Assembly (NCBI GenBank): GCA_002269645.1
Contig: NIVC01002510.1
Location: forward strand, 1-36,268
Length of the DNA stretch: 36,268 nucleotides
Direction: 5' to 3'
Source of the DNA: Macrostomum lignano
Lineage: Eukaryota
Shown: in pieces, positions 23,800 through 34,577 of the stretch
Numbering within the stretch: position 1 is the first letter of the stretch
Layout: each line of letters opens with the position of its first letter
Made by a program: the position numbers and the translations under genes
Notes under the pieces: model-generated
Databases searched by the model: none
Told to the model about the DNA's origin: nothing
The model's input: only the letters and a program-made list of their open reading frames with translations

Positions 23800-24488
23800 A
23801 TCTGTTTTAATTAAGGTAACGATGGAAGCATGACCGTCGATTGTCCTAGAATAGGAGGAGTGCGTTTTGACAACCTGCGATTCAGTTGATTCAAAACTGA
23901 AAAATAAACCGATTGAAAGGAAGTATGCGTTATTATTTCCGTTGAAGCTGTTCGTTCATTGTCTTTTTTATTATTTCCTTTTTGGGTATTAGATGAGTGT
24001 CGAATGGCTCCAAACGACAGAGAAAGAGAGCAAGAGAGAGCGAGAGAGAGAGAGAGAGAACCGGTTAATTGCATTGTTGCTATTTTAATCCCAACGAAAA
24101 TGACAATATCATTGTCGGTGCGAAGTGCAGAGATGCCCAGAATCAACCCTATCAAGGCAACAACTAGAGTTGAACGTATATCCGACATAACGTAGAGGTC
24201 AGAATGCATCAGAAGCTTTTGTTGAGCTAAAAAGTAGCTCGCTTGAGTAAGCACAGAAATATAAATAACAAAACCAACATAGATTGCTTTAATTAAATCA
24301 GTCAGCCAACGCGTTTGGTTTAGTCAGCGGCCATGTTCAGCGTCTGAGATATATTTTATTTTTCACGTATGCATCAAATTATATAAGAAAACGTTTCTGT
24401 ACAGTCCAAAGGGGGGGCAGATTGTCCAATTATGAAGGTACATTGGATGGAAGTTTTAAACAGGCGGGCGCACTACAATGCTTCGTGC

Positions 24489-25019
24489 CTACACTAAGAA
24501 TACCTTGAACAAATGACCCGCACCACTGTGAATAAGCTGGACATTGAGACTTGTTTTTTTATTCTTGATGTACATTGATTCCGGTATGCTAAGTCTGGAT
24601 GTTTTTATGAGTGGAGTTCAGAGCGGTAAGAAACCGTTCATGATACGAGTTCGCTTTGAAAATGGCAAAAGTGTCGTCAACATAGTGTTTGTAGAATCTA
24701 GGCGCACAATTTAGGGTGTCATCCACTGCTTCCCCCGCCGGTAGGGTGCTTGCAGCGTCAGCAGCAGCACCTCCTGCACCGGCTGTGGGCAGTACGACTC
24801 GGCTCGGATAAAATATGGCCTGCCAGCTGGAGTCGCCGACGGCACAACAGCTCGCTTGGACGGAGCAGGCCGGTGCAGCAATAGAGTGCCGCATTGGTGA
24901 CTCGCTCGTAACCGATCTTGAAGGCGGCGCGCAGCAGGCCAGCGTGCGCCGCATCGACCCTGCTGTTCGAGCGATTCCGTCAGCGTCCAGGTCTCGGCGT
25001 TCCTTAACAGCATCTCGAT
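24489..25019 (-). pseudogene. PLE + RTE composite relic (unit copy)
   Basis: Same sequence as 10009-10539. Confidence 0.8.
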
Positions 25020-26030
25020 ATCCGTATGCTATCGGCCTGGGCTTAAAAAGCTTTGGCTTCAGCGTTATCATCCAGGGATAGTGCACGCGCGCAATTGCAC
25101 CTGCACCAGACAGCAGCCAGCACGTAATTACGGCCTCCCAAACCGAAAATGTGCACCAGCCCCAGGCTGGATAAACCAGAAACGGGATTGTCTGTGGAGA
25201 GGTGCTAAGCGTCATTCTTGTCCACAGCTTAGCATCTCTTTTCTGGATTTACTCTCTTTAGCTTAATTATGCAAACCTAAAAATAAGCAAAATGCCGCAC
25301 AGCCTACCGCTTTTCATTAAGCTGCAAGGCAGTGCTGTCTTGATGGTTTTGTCGGCCAGTCAAAGCAGCTTTTTATGTACACTTGTACACTACGTAGCTT
25401 GCGGTCAGTCATTTTACCGTCACCTCCCTGGGCTAGCTAATTAATGTTCAATATTCTCACCTTGCACCTTGCCTGTACCCATCTCCTATCGATAATAAAA
25501 AATGTTTTATCTGTCGCGCTGGATATTTTACCCCTAGCAAAGTCAATGATGCTCCGTCTTCAATCAATCTCCAATCTTAAATCTTCAATCTTCAACTCGT
25601 TTTCCTATCTCGCCGTGCCTAAAATACTCTCGTATAGTATGCTATCGATGCTAAAGTGGTGATCAGCCAGACTCCACCTGCCAGTGTCAGTGGAAATTTC
25701 TTAACGCAACTCTGCATTCGGAATCGGCATTCTGCTAGTGCTCCTACCGTAGTGCTCTGCCTGTTTACCTTTATCGCCTTTCCTGTTCATTCAACATCGC
25801 TAATTTCTAAAATCTTTCAGATTGTGTGTCCGACCAATAATCGCTACTAGGCGTGTGCGTGTGTATATGCAGTGTATACCAAATAAGGAGCTTTCCGATA
25901 ATAAATCTGCTTATCGCATCCGGACTGATTTTCTATATAGCCTTGCATGGGCATTTGGCAGTATTGCTGATTGAAATCACTAAGAGACAGCAAGTTTTGT
26001 CCCTTTTTTATCGCAACAAGCGCCGTTCAA

Positions 26031-26216
26031 ATGCAGAGACTAGCTTTCCTCTCTCTTCTGGTGTTGCTTCTTGCGTTTGCAGCATATTCAGCCAATGGAC
26101 AAGGCTGTTACTGCTTGCAAGAAGTCTGCTACATCAGCTATCCTGAATTATGTAATAGCGGTTTGGGTTGCGCTGGCGCAGGGGATTTTGTACCTTGCGA
26201 AGGATATGGCGGATAA
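26031..26216 (+). CDS. Secreted cysteine-rich peptide precursor (copy 10)
   Basis: Same 61-aa translation as copy 1. Confidence 0.85.
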   Translation: MQRLAFLSLLVLLLAFAAYSANGQGCYCLQEVCYISYPELCNSGLGCAGAGDFVPCEGYGG

Positions 26217-26905
26217 ATCTGTTTTAATTAAGGTAACGATGGAAGCATGACCGTCGATTGTCCTAGAATAGGAGGAGTGCGTTTTGACAACCTGCGATTC
26301 AGTTGATTCAAAACTGAAAAATAAACCGATTGAAAGGAAGTATGCGTTATTATTTCCGTTGAAGCTGTTCGTTCATTGTCTTTTTTATTATTTCCTTTTT
26401 GGGTATTAGATGAGTGTCGAATGGCTCCAAACGACAGAGAAAGAGAGCAAGAGAGAGCGAGAGAGAGAGAGAGAGAACCGGTTAATTGCATTGTTGCTAT
26501 TTTAATCCCAACGAAAATGACAATATCATTGTCGGTGCGAAGTGCAGAGATGCCCAGAATCAACCCTATCAAGGCAACAACTAGAGTTGAACGTATATCC
26601 GACATAACGTAGAGGTCAGAATGCATCAGAAGCTTTTGTTGAGCTAAAAAGTAGCTCGCTTGAGTAAGCACAGAAATATAAATAACAAAACCAACATAGA
26701 TTGCTTTAATTAAATCAGTCAGCCAACGCGTTTGGTTTAGTCAGCGGCCATGTTCAGCGTCTGAGATATATTTTATTTTTCACGTATGCATCAAATTATA
26801 TAAGAAAACGTTTCTGTACAGTCCAAAGGGGGGGCAGATTGTCCAATTATGAAGGTACATTGGATGGAAGTTTTAAACAGGCGGGCGCACTACAATGCTT
26901 CGTGC

Positions 26906-27436
26906 CTACACTAAGAATACCTTGAACAAATGACCCGCACCACTGTGAATAAGCTGGACATTGAGACTTGTTTTTTTATTCTTGATGTACATTGATTCCG
27001 GTATGCTAAGTCTGGATGTTTTTATGAGTGGAGTTCAGAGCGGTAAGAAACCGTTCATGATACGAGTTCGCTTTGAAAATGGCAAAAGTGTCGTCAACAT
27101 AGTGTTTGTAGAATCTAGGCGCACAATTTAGGGTGTCATCCACTGCTTCCCCCGCCGGTAGGGTGCTTGCAGCGTCAGCAGCAGCACCTCCTGCACCGGC
27201 TGTGGGCAGTACGACTCGGCTCGGATAAAATATGGCCTGCCAGCTGGAGTCGCCGACGGCACAACAGCTCGCTTGGACGGAGCAGGCCGGTGCAGCAATA
27301 GAGTGCCGCATTGGTGACTCGCTCGTAACCGATCTTGAAGGCGGCGCGCAGCAGGCCAGCGTGCGCCGCATCGACCCTGCTGTTCGAGCGATTCCGTCAG
27401 CGTCCAGGTCTCGGCGTTCCTTAACAGCATCTCGAT
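26906..27436 (-). pseudogene. PLE + RTE composite relic (unit copy)
   Basis: Same sequence as 10009-10539. Confidence 0.8.
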
Positions 27437-28447
27437 ATCCGTATGCTATCGGCCTGGGCTTAAAAAGCTTTGGCTTCAGCGTTATCATCCAGGGATAGTG
27501 CACGCGCGCAATTGCACCTGCACCAGACAGCAGCCAGCACGTAATTACGGCCTCCCAAACCGAAAATGTGCACCAGCCCCAGGCTGGATAAACCAGAAAC
27601 GGGATTGTCTGTGGAGAGGTGCTAAGCGTCATTCTTGTCCACAGCTTAGCATCTCTTTTCTGGATTTACTCTCTTTAGCTTAATTATGCAAACCTAAAAA
27701 TAAGCAAAATGCCGCACAGCCTACCGCTTTTCATTAAGCTGCAAGGCAGTGCTGTCTTGATGGTTTTGTCGGCCAGTCAAAGCAGCTTTTTATGTACACT
27801 TGTACACTACGTAGCTTGCGGTCAGTCATTTTACCGTCACCTCCCTGGGCTAGCTAATTAATGTTCAATATTCTCACCTTGCACCTTGCCTGTACCCATC
27901 TCCTATCGATAATAAAAAATGTTTTATCTGTCGCGCTGGATATTTTACCCCTAGCAAAGTCAATGATGCTCCGTCTTCAATCAATCTCCAATCTTAAATC
28001 TTCAATCTTCAACTCGTTTTCCTATCTCGCCGTGCCTAAAATACTCTCGTATAGTATGCTATCGATGCTAAAGTGGTGATCAGCCAGACTCCACCTGCCA
28101 GTGTCAGTGGAAATTTCTTAACGCAACTCTGCATTCGGAATCGGCATTCTGCTAGTGCTCCTACCGTAGTGCTCTGCCTGTTTACCTTTATCGCCTTTCC
28201 TGTTCATTCAACATCGCTAATTTCTAAAATCTTTCAGATTGTGTGTCCGACCAATAATCGCTACTAGGCGTGTGCGTGTGTATATGCAGTGTATACCAAA
28301 TAAGGAGCTTTCCGATAATAAATCTGCTTATCGCATCCGGACTGATTTTCTATATAGCCTTGCATGGGCATTTGGCAGTATTGCTGATTGAAATCACTAA
28401 GAGACAGCAAGTTTTGTCCCTTTTTTATCGCAACAAGCGCCGTTCAA

Positions 28448-28633
28448 ATGCAGAGACTAGCTTTCCTCTCTCTTCTGGTGTTGCTTCTTGCGTTTGCAGC
28501 ATATTCAGCCAATGGACAAGGCTGTTACTGCTTGCAAGAAGTCTGCTACATCAGCTATCCTGAATTATGTAATAGCGGTTTGGGTTGCGCTGGCGCAGGG
28601 GATTTTGTACCTTGCGAAGGATATGGCGGATAA
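28448..28633 (+). CDS. Secreted cysteine-rich peptide precursor (copy 11)
   Basis: Same 61-aa translation as copy 1; lies immediately upstream of LINE copy 2. Confidence 0.85.
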   Translation: MQRLAFLSLLVLLLAFAAYSANGQGCYCLQEVCYISYPELCNSGLGCAGAGDFVPCEGYGG

Positions 28634-28900
28634 ATCTGTTTTAATTAAGGTAACGATGGAAGCATGACCGTCGATTGTCCTAGAATAGGAGGAGTGCGTT
28701 TTGACAACCTGCGATTCAGTTGATTCAAAACTGAAAAATAAACCGATTGAAAGGAAGTATGCGTTATTATTTCCGTTGAAGCTGTTCGTTCATTGTCTTT
28801 TTTATTATTTCCTTTTTGGGTATTAGATGAGTGTCGAATGGCTCCAAACGACAGACAACAACAACAACAAAATACGCTGTCATGATGGTAAAAGTCAGCG

Positions 28901-31900
28901 TCACAGGGCGCGCTTCATGGCGTGGGCGCGAACAAAGGCCGCGCCACCGGCAGTGTCCGGGGCGCCGGCGTCAGCCAGCAGACAGTCGACATAACGCCGA
29001 GTTCGCGCTTGACCTCGCCGGTAGGGTGCCTGCAGCGTGAGCAGCAGCACCTCCTGCACCGGCTGTGGGCAGTACGACTCGGCGCGGATGAGATGGCCTG
29101 CGAGCTGGAGTCGCCGACGGCGCAGTAGATCACTTGGACGTGGCAGGCCAGCGCGGCGATAGAGTGCCGCGTTGGTGACTCGCTCGACGCCGATGTTGAA
29201 GGCGGCGCGCAGCAGACCAGCGTGCGCCGCATCGACTTGCTGTTCGAGTGAGTCCGTCAGCGTCCAGGTCTCGGCGTTGTACAGCAGGACGGTCTCGATT
29301 ACCGCCTGGAACAGCGCCGCCCTCTGGCGGTCCGGTAGGGCCTCGGACTGCAGGACTGCCCTCACAGAACGAAAGGCAGCCCAGGCAAGCCCGCGGCGGC
29401 GTCGCAGGTCCTCGCGAGCGTCTGGAACCAGACCGCCGAGGTAGACGAACTGCTGACATCGCGGGAGTTCGGTCGCCTGCCCGTCAGCGCCTCGGCAAAA
29501 TATTGCAGCCTCGATGTCGTCCGGCACGCAGAGCACAACGGTCTTCTGCGTGTTGACCACCAGGCCGACACTCGCCGCAACGGCAACCAGCCTGTCCAGC
29601 TGCCGTTGGGCGCCCTCGACGGTCGAGGACAGCAGGGCGAGGTCGTCGGCGTAGCCAAGCACGCTGAGCCGCTTCTCCGGTTGACGTCGACCCACGCGTC
29701 GCTGCAGCAGAAAACCGTCGTCGTCGGTAGGAAGAGCAGTCCGCAGCACCCAGTCAAGCACCAGGACGAACAGAAACGGCGCCAGCGTATCTCCCTGAAG
29801 CACTCCGGAGGATGTCTCAAAGGAGTCCGATAGGCCGTCCGGTGTTGTCACAGCAGCTGTCGTATCACGGTACATCGCCATGACGGCGGAGATCAGCTGC
29901 TCAGGCACGTTGTACGCGCGGAGCACCATTGGAAGCACGGCTCTGACAACCGAGTCGAATGCCTTCTTGAAATCAATAAAGATTAAAATCAGTATCGACT
30001 GACGAATCCGCGCCTCCTCGATGACTCGGCGAAGAGCCAGGATCTGCGCCACTGTGCCGCGATGGGGCCGGAACCCGTTCTGCTCTGGGCGCAGGTACGG
30101 ATCCAGCACGGGCTGCAACCGCGAAAGCAGCATCCGGTTGAACAGCTTCGCTGCACAGGACTGAAGGCAGATGCCTCGATGGTCTTCAAGCCTAGTGGTG
30201 CCCGGCTTCTTTGGAACAGCGACGATGTGCGCCGTGGTCCATTCGTTGGGCGCCGCCTCACCGAAGAGCACGCGGTTCATCACTCTGGCGACCTCAGCGG
30301 CCACACAGGGGATGCGCAGCGCCTCGATGGGCACCTCGTCCGGACCCAGCGCTTTCCCGCCCGGTGACTGCTGGGCGAGCTTGACAACGTCGGCTGCGTT
30401 GACTGGGGCTACGCTGAAACTCTCCTCTGCCGGCAGCGGCGTCTCCGGCGGCAGCGTCAGACTGTCTGGCAGCGGGGGTGGCGGCGCGTTGACGATGGCG
30501 GCGAAGAACTCGCGCAGCTCGTTCCTACGCTCGTCCGGCGTGTCACCAGCCAGGTTCAGCGGATTGCGCCGCTTTCGTCCCGTCAGAGCGTTGATGGCGG
30601 ACCAGGCCACGCGCCCTCTGGCATCGGGCCCAGCGGCAGAGACAGCCTGAATGGCGTCATCGACAGCCGCTTGTTGGCGCTGCAGGTAGACAGCTGCCAG
30701 AGCTGCCTCTGCCTCGCGGGTTGGTCGCCTGCTCAAGCGGAGCTTCTCCAGATCTTCCCTCGCTGCCTGAATCGCGGGGTCGTCCTGCCAGACCGGCTGC
30801 CCACGTTGAGCCGGCTGCATCATCGGGACTGCTTGCTCCGCGGCGGTTCTGATTGCAGCGCACACTTCCGCATACTCGGCACTTCCACGCTTGTCGCCCA
30901 GCGCGGTGTTAAAGGCGCTAGCAAAGCGACGCTGCGTATCGGTGGCTCTGAGCGCGCGGTAGTAGCGCCGCGGTGGCCGCTTCGGCGGACGGTAGAGCGG
31001 ATCGCGAAGGTTGAGGTCGCAGATGAGGAGCCGGTGATCGGACCGCAGAGCCAGCGGCGTGATGGTGCGGCAGTTGACGGCGCGACGACGCTCACGGAAA
31101 CGCACGAGCACGTGGTCGAGCTGTGCTTGTCTCCGGGTTGCGTTCCTGCCACGCGCGTTCCGTCGCCTCCGCTTGCAGCCCACGAAGGTTGCGAGACCGC
31201 TCAGTGGCTTGCGGAAGCGGGTGTTGGCCGACACCATGTCCTGCCTCTCCAGGAAGTCCTCTAGTGCCTCGGTGTTGTTGTTCCCGCGTGGCGTCACGAA
31301 CAGCGACCTCTCGGACCTACGCAGGACTGCGTTCAGGTCTCCGAGGGCGACCGCTGTGTCACGCTGCGCCGTCGCCTCTACCTGCACTGAGAGCTGCTCG
31401 AAAAACTCTTGAGCCTCGTCAGGGCGTGTGGCAGGGGGCGCGTACGCGCAGAACAGGCGAGCATTCCGACCGCGTAGCCGGACGTCGATCCGAAGCAACC
31501 GGGGGGACAGGGAGATGCAGCGACAGCTCTGCTGCAGCCTCGGCCCGATCAGCGCTCCAACTCCTCCACGGCCTCGCTGGTCCGCAGAAGTATAGTAGAG
31601 GGTCCACCCGGCGCCCAAGTCCTCACAATGAAGTCCCGGGTCGGCCTTGATAGACACCTCCTGCAGCGAGATGATGTCGCAGCTCAGGTCGTACGCCAGC
31701 TTCGCCAGCACCCCTCTACGCCAAGCAGCCTTGAGAGTGCGGCAGTTCAGCGTCCCGACCCGAAGCATGCCCTGTGGTACGGCTGGGGCTCGATGCAGTT
31801 GAGCCTCACGGTCCCCGGCGCCACCCGGAGGATCCGAGTGGACCCGCGCGGCAGCTCGACGGGCGGCGCCACGCAGCCGGCCTCGTCGGTTCCGCTCACG

Positions 31901-32014
31901 CCGGCGCTCAACACGCCGACGGGCGCTCCGCTGCCCTCGCTTGGTCCTGCCGCATTTGGCCGCCGCAGCAGTTAAGCGCGGCTCTCCGCTCTGACCACGA
32001 GGAGGTAGCGGCAT
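28901..32014 (-). CDS. LINE polyprotein, 1037 aa: Arg-rich N-terminus, APE (exo/endo/phos) endonuclease, reverse transcriptase
   Basis: ATG at 32014. APE motifs GTLNCRT, DIISLQEV, YAP, LGDLNA, QLDHVLV, SDH. RT motifs HRGICL, EQNGFR, FIDFKKAFDSV, GVLQGDTLAPFLF, YADD, VNTQKT, YLG. The C-terminal RRRLQLAGH is RTE-like. No CCHC finger or RNase H seen. Confidence 0.95.
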   Translation of the reverse strand: MPLPPRGQSGEPRLTAAAAKCGRTKRGQRSARRRVERRRERNRRGRLRGAARRAAARVHSDPPGGAGDREAQLHRAPAVPQGMLRVGTLNCRTLKAAWRRGVLAKLAYDLSCDIISLQEVSIKADPGLHCEDLGAGWTLYYTSADQRGRGGVGALIGPRLQQSCRCISLSPRLLRIDVRLRGRNARLFCAYAPPATRPDEAQEFFEQLSVQVEATAQRDTAVALGDLNAVLRRSERSLFVTPRGNNNTEALEDFLERQDMVSANTRFRKPLSGLATFVGCKRRRRNARGRNATRRQAQLDHVLVRFRERRRAVNCRTITPLALRSDHRLLICDLNLRDPLYRPPKRPPRRYYRALRATDTQRRFASAFNTALGDKRGSAEYAEVCAAIRTAAEQAVPMMQPAQRGQPVWQDDPAIQAAREDLEKLRLSRRPTREAEAALAAVYLQRQQAAVDDAIQAVSAAGPDARGRVAWSAINALTGRKRRNPLNLAGDTPDERRNELREFFAAIVNAPPPPLPDSLTLPPETPLPAEESFSVAPVNAADVVKLAQQSPGGKALGPDEVPIEALRIPCVAAEVARVMNRVLFGEAAPNEWTTAHIVAVPKKPGTTRLEDHRGICLQSCAAKLFNRMLLSRLQPVLDPYLRPEQNGFRPHRGTVAQILALRRVIEEARIRQSILILIFIDFKKAFDSVVRAVLPMVLRAYNVPEQLISAVMAMYRDTTAAVTTPDGLSDSFETSSGVLQGDTLAPFLFVLVLDWVLRTALPTDDDGFLLQRRVGRRQPEKRLSVLGYADDLALLSSTVEGAQRQLDRLVAVAASVGLVVNTQKTVVLCVPDDIEAAIFCRGADGQATELPRCQQFVYLGGLVPDAREDLRRRRGLAWAAFRSVRAVLQSEALPDRQRAALFQAVIETVLLYNAETWTLTDSLEQQVDAAHAGLLRAAFNIGVERVTNAALYRRAGLPRPSDLLRRRRLQLAGHLIRAESYCPQPVQEVLLLTLQAPYRRGQARTRRYVDCLLADAGAPDTAGGAAFVRAHAMKRAL

Positions 32015-32040
32015 TTATCTGCACCGTGGTGCAAATAAAT
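32013..32040 (-). other. 12-bp stem / 4-nt loop hairpin abutting the LINE ATG (copy 2)
   Basis: Arms at 32013-32024 and 32029-32040; the ATG occupies 32014-32012. Confidence 0.75.
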
Positions 32041-32573
32041 TAAGACTGCAAATAAATTAAGACTGCAAATAAATTAAGACTGCAAATAAATTAAGACTGC
32101 AAATAAATTAAGACTGCAAATAAATTAAGACTGCAAATAAATTAAGACTGCAAATAAATTAAGACTGCAAATAAATTAAGACTGCAAATAAATTAAGACT
32201 GCAAATAAATTAAGACTGCAAATAAATTAAGACTGCAAATAAATTAAGACTGCAAATAAATTAAGACTGCAAATAAATTAAGACTGCAAATAAATTAAGA
32301 CTGCAAATAAATTAAGACTGCAAATAAATTAAGACTGCAAATAAATTAAGACTGCAAATAAATTAAGACTGCAAATAAATTAAGACTGCAAATAAATTAA
32401 GACTGCAAATAAATTAAGACTGCAAATAAATTAAGACTGCAAATAAATTAAGACTGCAAATAAATTAAGACTGCAAATAAATTAAGACTGCAAATAAATT
32501 AAGACTGCAAATAAATTAAGACTGCAAATAAATTAAGACTGCAAATAAATTAAGACTGCAAATAAATTAAGAC
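32030..32573. repeat. Perfect minisatellite (TGCAAATAAATTAAGAC)x32 at the LINE 5' end (copy 2)
   Basis: 544 bp = 32 x 17, the same count as copy 1. Confidence 0.97.
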
Positions 32574-33038
32574 AGAGAAAGAGAGCAAGAGAGAGCGAGA
32601 GAGAGAGAGAACCGGTTAATTGCATTGTTGCTATTTTAATCCCAACGAAAATGACAATATCATTGTCGGTGCGAAGTGCAGAGATGCCCAGAATCAACCC
32701 TATCAAGGCAACAACTAGAGTTGAACGTATATCCGACATAACGTAGAGGTCAGAATGCATCAGAAGCTTTTGTTGAGCTAAAAAGTAGCTCGCTTGAGTA
32801 AGCACAGAAATATAAATAACAAAACCAACATAGATTGCTTTAATTAAATCAGTCAGCCAACGCGTTTGGTTTAGTCAGCGGCCATGTTCAGCGTCTGAGA
32901 TATATTTTATTTTTCACGTATGCATCAAATTATATAAGAAAACGTTTCTGTACAGTCCAAAGGGGGGCAGATTGTCCAATTATGAAGGTACATTGGATGG
33001 AAGTTTTAAACAGGCGGGCGCACTACAATGCTTCGTGC

Positions 33039-33568
33039 CTACACTAAGAATACCTTGAACAAATGACCCGCACCACTGTGAATAAGCTGGACATTGAGAC
33101 TTGTTTTTTTATTCTTGATGTACATTGATTCCGGTATGCTAAGTCTGGATGTTTTTATGAGTGGAGTTCAGAGCGGTAAGAAACCGTTCATGATACGAGT
33201 TCGCTTTGAAAATGGCAAAAGTGTCGTCAACATAGTGTTTGTAGAATCTAGGCGCACAATTTAGGGTGTCATCCACTGCTTCCCCGCCGGTAGGGTGCTT
33301 GCAGCGTCAGCAGCAGCACCTCCTGCACCGGCTGTGGGCAGTACGACTCGGCTCGGATAAAATATGGCCTGCCAGCTGGAGTCGCCGACGGCACAACAGC
33401 TCGCTTGGACGGAGCAGGCCGGTGCAGCAATAGAGTGCCGCATTGGTGACTCGCTCGTAACCGATCTTGAAGGCGGCGCGCAGCAGGCCAGCGTGCGCCG
33501 CATCGACCCTGCTGTTCGAGCGATTCCGTCAGCGTCCAGGTCTCGGCGTTCCTTAACAGCATCTCGAT
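33039..33568 (-). pseudogene. PLE + RTE composite relic (unit copy)
   Basis: Same as 10009-10539 with the 4-C junction. Confidence 0.8.
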
Positions 33569-34577
33569 ATCCGTATGCTATCGGCCTGGGCTTAAAAGCT
33601 TTGGCTTCAGCGTTATCATCCAGGGATAGTGCACGCGCGCAATTGCACCTGCACCAGACAGCAGCCAGCACGTAATTACGGCCTCCCAAACCGAAAATGT
33701 GCACCAGCCCCAGGCTGGATAAACCAGAAACGGGATTGTCTGTGGAGAGGTGCTAAGCGTCATTCTTGTCCACAGCTTAGCATCTCTTTTCTGGATTTAC
33801 TCTCTTTAGCTTAATTATGCAAACCTAAAAATAAGCAAAATGCCGCACAGCCTACCGCTTTTCATTAAGCTGCAAGGCAGTGCTGTCTTGATGGTTTTGT
33901 CGGCCAGTCAAAGCAGCTTTTTATGTACACTTGTACACTACGTAGCTTGCGGTCAGTCATTTTACCGTCACCTCCCTGGGCTAGCTAATTAATGTTCAAT
34001 ATTCTCACCTTGCACCTTGCCTGTACCCATCTCCTATCGATAAAAAAAATGTTTTATCTGTCGCGCTGGATATTTTACCCCTAGCAAAGTCAATGATGCT
34101 CCGTCTTCAATCAATCTCCAATCTTAAATCTTCAATCTTCAACTCGTTTTCCTATCTCGCCGTGCCTAAAATACTCTCGTATAGTATGCTATCGATGCTA
34201 AAGTGGTGATCAGCCAGACTCCACCTGCCAGTGTCAGTGGAAATTTCTTAACGCAACTCTGCATTCGGAATCGGCATTCTGCTAGTGCTCCTACCGTAGT
34301 GCTCTGCCTGTTTACCTTTATCGCCTTTCCTGTTCATTCAACATCGCTAATTTCTAAAATCTTTCAGATTGTGTGTCCGACCAATAATCGCTACTAGGCG
34401 TGTGCGTGTGTATATGCAGTGTATACCAAATAAGGAGCTTTCCGATAATAAATCTGCTTATCGCATCCGGACTGATTTTCTATATAGCCTTGCATGGGCA
34501 TTTGGCAGTATTGCTGATTGAAATCACTAAGAGACAGCAAGTTTTGTCCCTTTTTTATCGCAACAAGCGCCGTTCAA

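Larger units (their letters stand above)
28856..32570 (-). mobile_element. Full-length RTE-like non-LTR retrotransposon, copy 2 (intact)
   Basis: GACAGA TSD at 28850-28855 and 32571-32576. Uninterrupted units read aaacGACAGAgaaag once. (TTG)5 3' tail, ~30-nt 3' UTR before the tail, single ORF and no ORF1, which is the RTE-clade architecture. Confidence 0.95.
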
